Source: Nitrospinota bacterium
GTDB lineage: Bacteria > UBA8248
Assembly (NCBI GenBank): GCA_046581755.1
Contig: JAYGFR010000093.1
Coordinates: forward strand, 1 to 24,258
Length of the DNA stretch: 24,258 nucleotides
Direction: 5' to 3'
The stretch's first letter is position 1. The number at the start of each line of letters is the position of its first letter. Below the pieces are notes generated by a model that searched no databases, was not told where the DNA came from, and saw nothing but the letters and a program-made list of their open reading frames with translations. The position numbers and the translations under genes are program-made. This document shows positions 17,132 to 24,258 of the stretch, one piece after another.

Positions 17132-17584
17132 ATGCGCTATTTGATGGTGGACCGGGTGACATCGTGGGAGAGCGGAAAGTCCATGGAAGGGGTGAAGAAC
17201 GTCACCCTGAGCGAGGATTATCTCGAATTTCATTTTCCCCGGTTTCCGGTCATGCCTGGCTCGATGATCCTCGAGGCGCTCATCCAGCTCTCGGGGTGGC
17301 TCGAGGCCGCGAGCTCGGGGTTTTCGCGCTGGTTCCTGCTCGATCAGGTCCGGAGCGTCAAGTATTACGGCTTCGCCCTTCCGGGAGATCAGATCGAACT
17401 CCGGGTCGAGGCGGCCGGAGAAGAAGAGGGCCGACGCCTCTACAAGGGGCTCGCCTCCATCGGGGGCGAGCGCAATGTGGCCGTGGACTTCGCGGGCCGG
17501 GTGGCGGACCTGGCCGGCTATGAGGACCCCGGGGAGCAGGAGCGCCTTTTTCAAATCCTCACGCGCGCCATCACGCTGTCTTGA
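17132..17584 (+). CDS. FabZ-like 3-hydroxyacyl-ACP dehydratase (DH2)
   Basis: AGGAG SD. MVDRV, KNVTLSEDYLEFHFPRFPVMPGSMILEALIQ (His/Glu dyad), PGDQI. Confidence 0.9.
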   Translation: MRYLMVDRVTSWESGKSMEGVKNVTLSEDYLEFHFPRFPVMPGSMILEALIQLSGWLEAASSGFSRWFLLDQVRSVKYYGFALPGDQIELRVEAAGEEEGRRLYKGLASIGGERNVAVDFAGRVADLAGYEDPGEQERLFQILTRAITLS

Positions 17585-17594
17585 GCGGGTAGCC

Positions 17595-18896
17595 ATGACC
17601 GAAGGCAGGGAAGTCTGGATCACGGGCGCCGGGATGCTTTCCCCGATCGGGAGCGGTGTGGATGCGAACTGGGAGGCCGTCCGCGGCGGCGGGTGCGGGG
17701 TCGAGCGCCATCCCCAGGGGGAGGGGCCGCCGCTTCCGGAGAATTTCCTTTACTTCGGCGCCGTCGAGGGATACGGGGAGCCCCCCGTCGTTCCTCCCAA
17801 GCTGAACAGCCAGCGCAAATTCCTGAACCGCTCCTCGATTCTCGGCCTGCACGCCGTCCAGGAGGCGGTCGAGAGTTCGGGAGCCGACCTTTTCGACATT
17901 CCCGCCGGCCGGAAGGCCCTGTATGTCGGTTCGGGCGATTTTACGCGGATCGAGTACCTCGATTTTTACTCCGCCTTCGCCCAAAGTTCGGGCCCCGATC
18001 TCGCGCCCACCGATCCCGGGGTCTTGAACGAAAAGGCGCTCTACCAGGTGAACCCGTTCTACCTTCTCGAGGGCCTGACGAACAATATGTTCAGCTTCCT
18101 CTCGGCGCGCTACGAGATCATGGGAACGAACGGCTCCCTGACGAGCCTGTCCTCGTGCGGGGCGCAGGCGCTGGAGATGTGCGACCGGGCCATCCGCTGG
18201 AACAAGGCGGATTTGGGCCTCGTGGTGAGCTGCGGGTCCTGGATCGGCGAGTTGATCCGCTTCGAGCTGGACGGGCTGGGGATTCTCTCCCGCGCCTCCG
18301 CCGGGGCCGATTCGTTCCGCCCCCTCGACCGTCGGCGGGACGGATTTTTTCCGGCCGAGGGGGCGGCGGTTCTCGTCCTCGAGGCGGCGGATTCCGCCCG
18401 GGCGCGCGGGGCGCGGCCGATGGGGCGGGTTCGGGGAACGGGGAATTTCCAGGAAGTCGTCTCGCGGAGCCATATCGCGGTTCCCTTCGAAGCGGTGGCC
18501 AGGGCCTGCCGCTCGGCGATGAGCGAGGCGGAAATGGAAACCTCCGCTCTCTCGTTCGTCCTCCCCCACGGGAGCGGGACGAAAATGGGCGACCGCCTGG
18601 AGATGCGGGCGGTGAAGGATTTCCTGGGCGACGGCGCGGACAAGGTGCCCCTGGCCGCCTGGAAGCCCTATACCGGCCACATGGGTTCGGCGAGCGACAT
18701 CGGCGAAATCATCCTCGGGCTCCGCGCCCTCGCGGAGGGGGTGCTCCCGCCCACGCCGGGGTTCGAGCGGGCCGAAGCCGAATTCGAGGTTCTCGATGTC
18801 GTGGCCTCGGAGCGCCCGGTGGGGGGAGAGGCCTTCCTCTCGCTGAGCCACGGCCTCGGGGGCCAGGCCTCCGCCACTCTCCTTTCGGCGCCGTGA
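17595..18896 (+). CDS. Ketosynthase-like protein with Ser at the catalytic Cys position (KS4)
   Basis: ATG 17595. VWITGAG, NPFYLLEGLTNNM, SLS*SCGAQA (Ser codon 18150-18152), FRPLDRRRDGFFPAEGAA, PHGSGT, KPYTGHMG, HGLGGQ. Confidence 0.87.
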   Translation: MTEGREVWITGAGMLSPIGSGVDANWEAVRGGGCGVERHPQGEGPPLPENFLYFGAVEGYGEPPVVPPKLNSQRKFLNRSSILGLHAVQEAVESSGADLFDIPAGRKALYVGSGDFTRIEYLDFYSAFAQSSGPDLAPTDPGVLNEKALYQVNPFYLLEGLTNNMFSFLSARYEIMGTNGSLTSLSSCGAQALEMCDRAIRWNKADLGLVVSCGSWIGELIRFELDGLGILSRASAGADSFRPLDRRRDGFFPAEGAAVLVLEAADSARARGARPMGRVRGTGNFQEVVSRSHIAVPFEAVARACRSAMSEAEMETSALSFVLPHGSGTKMGDRLEMRAVKDFLGDGADKVPLAAWKPYTGHMGSASDIGEIILGLRALAEGVLPPTPGFERAEAEFEVLDVVASERPVGGEAFLSLSHGLGGQASATLLSAP

Positions 18897-19933
18897 GCCC
18901 TTCCGCGTGGCGGGGCCCCCGCTCCCGCGAAAAACGCCGCCGCAGCAAGGACAAAATCCCCCTCCGCCAGACGGCCGAATTTTTCCTCGTCTACTCTTTC
19001 CTTTCCCTCGTCCGGTGGATGCCGTTTTGGCTGTGCCGGGGGGTGGCCCGGGCCGCCGGCGCCGCGCTCTTCTGGTTCGTGCCGCGCCGCCGCCGCGTTT
19101 TGATGATGAATCTCGGGATCGCGTTTCCCGAAATGAGCGAAGCCGGGCGGGGCCGGATGGCGCGGGCGAGCTGCGAGTCGTTCATTTTGACCGGAATAGA
19201 GAGCGTGAAGTATCTCTACCGGTTCCGGATGGAAAAAGCGGCGGATGAGGTCCGCCGGATGGTCGAGGGGGTGGACACCCTCCTGGCGCGCGCCCGCCGG
19301 GTCCACGATGAATCGGGCGGGTGTATCTTCGTGGTGCCTCACCTGGGGAACTGGGAGATCATCACCCACGGCGCCGCGGCCGCCGGGATCCCGGTGACGG
19401 TCGTCGTGCGCCCCCTCGACAACCCCAAGCTCGAAAAGCACCTTTTCGCGATGCGCTCGGAAACGGGTATGGAGATTCTCGCCAAGCGAAACGCGGTGTT
19501 CCACCTGCGTACGGCGCTCCGCAAGGGCCGCTCGGTCGGCCTTTTGGCCGATCAGCACGCCGGGATGAAGGGCATCGATGTCCCGTTTTTCGGAAAACCC
19601 GCCAGCACGACGACGGGCCCGGCGGTCCTGGCCCTCACGTTCGGCCGCCCGATCATGCTGGTCAGCTGCATCCGGCGCATCGCCGGGCGGAAATACGAGG
19701 TGCTTCTGGGCGATCCGATTTTCCCGGACACCGGGGCGGATTCGGTGGAGGAGATCGAGCGGCTCACCGCGCTCATGAACCGCGGGATTGAAAATCTCGT
19801 CCGACAGTGCCCGGACCAGTATCTCTGGCTGCATGACCGCTGGAAGCTGACCAAGCTCTGGGGCCGCTCGGAGTCGTTCCTGGTCGAAAAGGAAAAAGAA
19901 GAGGAAGCGAAGAAAAACGCGCCGGAGGACTAG
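18893..19933 (+). CDS. LpxL/HtrB-family (lipid A late acyltransferase-like) acyltransferase
   Basis: GTG at 18893 overlaps the KS4 TGA. N-terminal hydrophobic helix, NLGIAFPE, PHLGNWE (H-x4-E), RPLDNP, LLADQ, VPFFG, PDQYLWLHDRWK. Confidence 0.9.
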   Translation: MSPSAWRGPRSREKRRRSKDKIPLRQTAEFFLVYSFLSLVRWMPFWLCRGVARAAGAALFWFVPRRRRVLMMNLGIAFPEMSEAGRGRMARASCESFILTGIESVKYLYRFRMEKAADEVRRMVEGVDTLLARARRVHDESGGCIFVVPHLGNWEIITHGAAAAGIPVTVVVRPLDNPKLEKHLFAMRSETGMEILAKRNAVFHLRTALRKGRSVGLLADQHAGMKGIDVPFFGKPASTTTGPAVLALTFGRPIMLVSCIRRIAGRKYEVLLGDPIFPDTGADSVEEIERLTALMNRGIENLVRQCPDQYLWLHDRWKLTKLWGRSESFLVEKEKEEEAKKNAPED

Positions 19934-20328
19934 GCGGAGGTTTTCGCGGATCTCTCGAGCGCGGCGAAGAAGCGCCCGCCTATGCGCTCCAGCTTGGCTT
20001 TGAGTTTTTCGGTGCAATCGCAATCGCCGCAGAAAGGATAGCCCTCGCATTTTTCGAGCGTCGTCGTATAGCGGATGTCGATGTCCTCGAAAAACTCCCG
20101 CCAGTAAGGCAGCTCCTCGAGAAGCTCCCCGCCCGGGCCGAAGGCCTCGCGACGATAGCAGACCTCGATCCAGCGCACCTGGCCACCCTCGAGGAGGCGC
20201 GCGCCGCGCATGCATTTCTCGTAGGTGGGATAGGCGATCGAACCGCGCCCGAGGGAGCCGGATTCGATCGCTTCGAGCAGCGCGTGCTCTTTACCCGCTT
20301 TCACGCGGGCCCGGACCAGATAGCGCAT
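19930..20328 (-). CDS. Hypothetical protein with C-terminal Cys cluster
   Basis: GGAG SD, ATG 20328: MRYLVRARVK...LGRGSIA...WIEVCY...LPYWREFF...CEGYPFCGDCDCT. Protein-like composition. Convergent CTAG overlap with the acyltransferase stop. Confidence 0.75.
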   Translation of the reverse strand: MRYLVRARVKAGKEHALLEAIESGSLGRGSIAYPTYEKCMRGARLLEGGQVRWIEVCYRREAFGPGGELLEELPYWREFFEDIDIRYTTTLEKCEGYPFCGDCDCTEKLKAKLERIGGRFFAALERSAKTSA

Positions 20329-20462
20329 GGGAGGGTCTCCAAAACGGGGGCCGACCAATCCCGGCCCCGGCAGAATTGGGGCCATCGGTTCCGGCCCCCG
20401 CGTATACCCTGCGCGCCCATTCTACCATGGAACGGCGCCGGGCCGGCGAAGGAGGCAAGCCG

Positions 20463-21974
20463 TTGGATATCGGCGAGATCAGACGAAAGGTGGAGTCTTT
20501 TCGCGGCGAGGCCGGGATGGAGTGGTACCGGGGCGGCGCGGGGCTCAAGGACCGGGTCGATATGGCCGCTGTCTTCGGGCGGCACCCCGGCCTGTTCAGC
20601 CGCGAGTCGGTGGACACCGCCGCCTCGGCGCTGGCCGCATCGGAGGATGCGGGCGATGCCGGCCCGGGCGAGGGGCGGAGGCTGCGCCAGCTCCGGGGGT
20701 TCCTGACGGTGGGTTTCATCCGCGAGGCGCTCAAGGAGCTTTCCGATGCGGCGGTCAATTTCGAGATGGCGGCGCGTGTCCGGGTGCCTGGCGGTGGGAA
20801 AATCTCCTACCGGCAGAGCCAAGCCGCGCTCCTCAACGAAGCGGACCGCGGGCGCCGCGCCGCGCTGGAATTGGCGCGGATGGAAGTCGTCGCCCGGAAG
20901 AGCGAATTTCTCGTCCCCATTCACGAGCGAACCCACGAGATGGCGGCCGGGCTCGGCTTTGCGGACTACCTGGGCATGATGGGGGAGTTGAAGAGTTTTC
21001 CCCTCGCGCCCGTCCGGGATGAGATGCGGGCCTTTCTCGCAGATACGCGCGGGCTCTATGAAGAAAAGCTGTCCGAGGCGCTGGAGGCGGGGTTGGGGAT
21101 TTCCCTGGCCGGTGCGCGGCGGCACGATCTCCAGCGCCTATTCCGGGGGGGAGAGCACGACGCGCTCTTTCCGGCAGAGCGCATGGTCCCGGCGGCCCGT
21201 GAATTTTGCGCCTCCATGGGCCTCGACCTGGAGGCGGGGGGCAAGGTGCGCCTCGACATCGAAGCGCGCCCCCGAAAAAGCCCGCGCGCCTTCTGCTCGG
21301 CGGTCCGGGTTCCAGGCGAGGTGTATCTGGTCATCTCCCCGCGCGGGGGGCACGACGACTACCGCGCGTTCCTGCACGAACTGGGCCACGCCCTCCACTA
21401 CGCGGGGGTGGACCCCGGCGCGCCCTTGGAGGCGAAGCGGCTGGGGGACAACTCGGTGACCGAGGCGTTCGCCATGCTCTTCGATCATCTTTTGCTCAAC
21501 CCGTCCTGGCTGGCCGGCCATCTGGGCGGGAGCGGCGCGGATTACGCCGGGTTCCTGAGGGCACACGCCCTCTTCGAGCTTTTTATGCTCCGGCGCTACG
21601 CCGCCAAGATCGGCTACGAACTCGGGCTGCACGACGGCGCCTCCCTGGAAGGGGAGCCCGCCCGCTACGCCCGCGCGCTGGGCGAGGCCACGCTGGCGGC
21701 CACCCCCGGGGAAAGTTATCTCGACGACGTGGACCCGTTTTTTTACTGCGCCAGCTACCTCCGGGCCTGGATGCTTCAGGCGCAGCTCGCCGAGCGCCTC
21801 CGGGAGCGGTTCGGAGCCGAATGGTGGCGCTCCAGGGAGAGCGGGGAATTTCTCGCCGGGCTCTGGCGGGCGGGGCAGGCCGAAGACGGAGATGCGCTCT
21901 CGCGCCGCCTGGGTTTCGAGCGCCTCAGCGCAAAGCCCCTGGCCGAGGAAATCGAGGGGCTGATCCGGGCCTGA
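20463..21974 (+). CDS. Zinc metallopeptidase, gluzincin (M3/M32-like)
   Basis: KSPRAFC, FLHELGHALHY (HExxH), downstream EAFAMLF (third ligand). TTG 20463 has a GGAGG SD 7 nt upstream; alternative start ATG 20427. Confidence 0.82.
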   Translation: MDIGEIRRKVESFRGEAGMEWYRGGAGLKDRVDMAAVFGRHPGLFSRESVDTAASALAASEDAGDAGPGEGRRLRQLRGFLTVGFIREALKELSDAAVNFEMAARVRVPGGGKISYRQSQAALLNEADRGRRAALELARMEVVARKSEFLVPIHERTHEMAAGLGFADYLGMMGELKSFPLAPVRDEMRAFLADTRGLYEEKLSEALEAGLGISLAGARRHDLQRLFRGGEHDALFPAERMVPAAREFCASMGLDLEAGGKVRLDIEARPRKSPRAFCSAVRVPGEVYLVISPRGGHDDYRAFLHELGHALHYAGVDPGAPLEAKRLGDNSVTEAFAMLFDHLLLNPSWLAGHLGGSGADYAGFLRAHALFELFMLRRYAAKIGYELGLHDGASLEGEPARYARALGEATLAATPGESYLDDVDPFFYCASYLRAWMLQAQLAERLRERFGAEWWRSRESGEFLAGLWRAGQAEDGDALSRRLGFERLSAKPLAEEIEGLIRA

Positions 21975-22128
21975 GCGTCCGTTTTTTGCTAGAATATTTC
22001 TATTGCCAATTTATCGCTACCGAACCGGCATCACCGGATGGGCGGATACCCGCCGACGAATCCGGATCGTGCGCGCGGACCTGTTCCGCCGGTTCGGTCC
22101 TGTTCCGCCTTTTCGAGGGAGGCGCATC

Positions 22129-23754
22129 ATGCCCGATCGTTCCGTCAATTTTTCTCCCCTGAGCCCACTGGGTTTTTTAGAGCGCAACAGTTGGGTCTAC
22201 AAGGAAAAGGAAGCGGTGGTCTACGGGGCGCGCCGCTTTACCTACGGAGAGTTCGCCGGCCGGGTCCAGGCCTGCGCGGCGGCCCTGAAGGCGGCGGGGG
22301 TGGGGCCGGGGGACCGGGTCGCTTATCTTTCGCCCAACATTCCGCCCATGCTCGAGGCGCACTTTGCGGTTCCCCTCATCGGGGCCGTTCTGGTGGCCAT
22401 CAACATCCGCCTCTCGCCGGACGAGATCGCCTACATCTGCTCCCATTCGGGGGCCAAGGTGCTCGCCGCCGACGCCGAGTGGGCCACGCCGCTGGCCGCC
22501 CATGCCGGCAAGTTCCCTAAAATCGAGAAGTTCGTGAACATCCTCGATGCGGAGGCCGGATTCGGGCCCGGAGACGGCGCCTTCGACGGCCCCGGTTACG
22601 AGGAGTTCATCGCCTCGCCGGGAGGCGGGGACCTGCCCTGGAAAACCGGGGACGAGCTCTCGCCCATTTCGATCAACTACACCAGCGGGACGACGGGCCG
22701 CCCCAAGGGGGTGGTCTACACCCACCGGGGGGCCTACCTGAACGCCCTGGGCGAAATGATCGAGGTGGGCGGCTCGGTCTACATGAACTACCTCTGGACG
22801 CTGCCAATGTTTCACTGCAACGGCTGGTGCTACACCTGGGGGGTGACGGCCCTCGGGGGGCGGCACGTGTGTCTCCGCGCCAACCAGCCGGCCGAAATTT
22901 TTCGGCTCATCCGGGAGGAGAAAATATCCCATTTCTGCGCCGCGCCCACCGTCCTCATCGGCCTGGCGAACGATCCGGCGGCGAAAGAGGGCCCCTTTCC
23001 CCAGCCTGTCACTATCATGACGGCGGGCGCTCCGCCCTCGCCGACCATCATCTCGGCCATGGAGGAGGAGCTCGGGGCCACGGTCGTCCACGGCTACGGC
23101 CTCACCGAGACCTACGGTCCCCACACCGTTTGCGCCTGGCATCCCGAGTGGGACGATCTGCCCGCGGGTGAGCGGGCCCGCCTCAAGGCCCGCCAGGGGG
23201 TTCCCTTCGTGATGACCGGCGAGTGCGAGGTGAAGGACAAGGACATGGCCGGGACGCCCTGGGACGGCAAGACCCAGGGCGAGGTCATGATGCGCGGAAA
23301 CAACGTGATGGCCTCCTACTTCGATAACCCCGAGGCCACCCTGGAGGCCTTCGAGGGAGGCTGGTTCCACAGCGGGGACATCGGCGTCGCGCACGCGGAC
23401 GGCTACATCGACCTGAAGGACCGGGCGAAGGACATCATCATCTCGGGGGGCGAGAACATCTCCACCATCGAGGTCGAAAAGGCCATTGCCTCGCACGAGT
23501 CCGTCCTCGAGGTGGCCGTGGTCGCCGTGCCGGACGAGAAGTGGGGGGAGGTTCCCAAGGCGTTCGTCGTCAAAAAACAGGGGGCCGACGTGAGCGGGGA
23601 TGACCTCATCGAATACGTCAAGGGCCGGATCGCACGCTTCAAGGCCCCCAAATATGTCGAGTTCGGCGACCTTCCCAAGACGGCCACCGGGAAGATTCAA
23701 AAATTCAAGCTCCGCGAGAAGGAATGGGCCGGCCGGGAAAAACGCGTGAATTAG
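22129..23754 (+). CDS. Acyl-CoA synthetase / AMP-binding ligase
   Basis: GAGGGAGG SD, ATG 22129. INYTSGTTGRPKGV, WTLPMFHCNGW, HGYGLTETYGP, GWFHSGD, DRAKDIIISGGENISTIEVE, LPKTATGKIQK. Confidence 0.95.
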   Translation: MPDRSVNFSPLSPLGFLERNSWVYKEKEAVVYGARRFTYGEFAGRVQACAAALKAAGVGPGDRVAYLSPNIPPMLEAHFAVPLIGAVLVAINIRLSPDEIAYICSHSGAKVLAADAEWATPLAAHAGKFPKIEKFVNILDAEAGFGPGDGAFDGPGYEEFIASPGGGDLPWKTGDELSPISINYTSGTTGRPKGVVYTHRGAYLNALGEMIEVGGSVYMNYLWTLPMFHCNGWCYTWGVTALGGRHVCLRANQPAEIFRLIREEKISHFCAAPTVLIGLANDPAAKEGPFPQPVTIMTAGAPPSPTIISAMEEELGATVVHGYGLTETYGPHTVCAWHPEWDDLPAGERARLKARQGVPFVMTGECEVKDKDMAGTPWDGKTQGEVMMRGNNVMASYFDNPEATLEAFEGGWFHSGDIGVAHADGYIDLKDRAKDIIISGGENISTIEVEKAIASHESVLEVAVVAVPDEKWGEVPKAFVVKKQGADVSGDDLIEYVKGRIARFKAPKYVEFGDLPKTATGKIQKFKLREKEWAGREKRVN

Positions 23755-23817
23755 GCCGGCCGCGCGCGGTGCCCGGGCCGGATGCCGCCGCCCTTCTCAG
23801 GCGCCCTCTCTCCGGCC

Positions 23818-24105
23818 TCAGGCGCCCTCGAGAAGAATCAGGGTGGAATCCGCCGTGGCCAGACGGATGGATTTGATTTCCTCGTATTCGGGCGAGTCGT
23901 ACCACCGGCGCGCGTCCTCGGCGGAAGGAAATTCGAGGATGATGGTTCTCGGGTAGGCGATCTCGCCCTCGAGAATTTTCATATTGCCGCCCCGGACCAG
24001 AAACCGGCCCCCGAATTTTTCGACGAGTTCCGTATTTTTCCTGACGTACTCCTTATAAGGTTCGGGATCGTTGATCTTGATTTGGGCGATGATGTATCCG
24101 GGCAT
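23818..24105 (-). CDS. DUF1330 domain-containing protein
   Basis: GGGGAG SD, ATG 24105: MPGYIIAQIKINDPEPYKEY...GGRFLVRGG...LEG...IILEFPSAEDARRWYDSPEY...R...LEG. Confidence 0.92.
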   Translation of the reverse strand: MPGYIIAQIKINDPEPYKEYVRKNTELVEKFGGRFLVRGGNMKILEGEIAYPRTIILEFPSAEDARRWYDSPEYEEIKSIRLATADSTLILLEGA

Positions 24106-24258
24106 TTTTGTCTCCCCCGCGCATCGGGTTGAATGTCGATTGCCGAAAAATTTCCAAAGGCAAACCTTACGCATTTGAACCGGCCCCGGCAAATTTCATC
24201 ATCGCCGCCGGACCCGCCCGCTATCCGCCGCCGGTGGGCGCGGCCTCCCGCCTGCTGG

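Noticed and set aside
9863..19933. Ladderane, aryl-polyene or aromatic type II polyketide cluster
   Set aside because: No radical SAM or methyltransferase genes (ladderane). No in-cluster AMP ligase, ammonia lyase, glycosyltransferase or MMPL exporter (aryl polyene). No cyclase or aromatase. An ER-like gene is present.
9863..19933. Housekeeping fab operon
   Set aside because: Lacks rpmF/plsX/fabH/fabD and a canonical ~80-aa DSL-type ACP, and contains two Cys-less KSs.
17693..19933. 746-aa acyltransferase fusion; likewise the extended ORFs 2635..4089, 12507..14183 and 14518..15945
   Set aside because: The N-terminal extensions overlap real upstream genes in another frame. True starts sit at stop/start junctions or after SD sequences.
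22080..22109. 11-bp direct repeat CCTGTTCCGCC upstream of the acyl-CoA ligase
   Set aside because: Only two short copies in GC-rich DNA, which is too little to call an operator.

Overview
GC-rich bacterial chromosomal window, standard genetic code 11, probably from a diderm (an LpxL-family acyltransferase and lipoproteins are present). Left part: the 3' end of acetyl-CoA synthetase with an intrinsic terminator, a PsbP-like lipoprotein gene interrupted by one in-frame TGA, and a minus-strand run dtd - TIGR02757/DUF2400 - nadK - recN - MOSC - Kelch lipoprotein, with a structured, repeat-containing element just upstream of nadK. An orphan HTH-REC response regulator and a PAC2-family gene follow. 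The centre (about 9.7-19.9 kb, + strand) is a specialised type II fatty acid/polyketide cluster: FabL-like enoyl reductase, an unusually long AcpXL-like ACP, four FabF-type ketosynthases (two with the catalytic Cys, one with Pro and one with Ser at that position), two FabZ-like dehydratases, FabG, its own AcpS and a terminal LpxL/HtrB-family acyltransferase. It looks like an expanded analogue of the rhizobial acpXL-lpxXL very-long-chain fatty acid/lipid A pathway (inference). It carries a nine-unit, 13-bp degenerate tandem array between the ACP and the first KS. Right part: a Cys-rich hypothetical gene, an M3-like metallopeptidase, an acyl-CoA ligase and a DUF1330 gene. All family assignments come from recognising motifs by eye; no searches were run.
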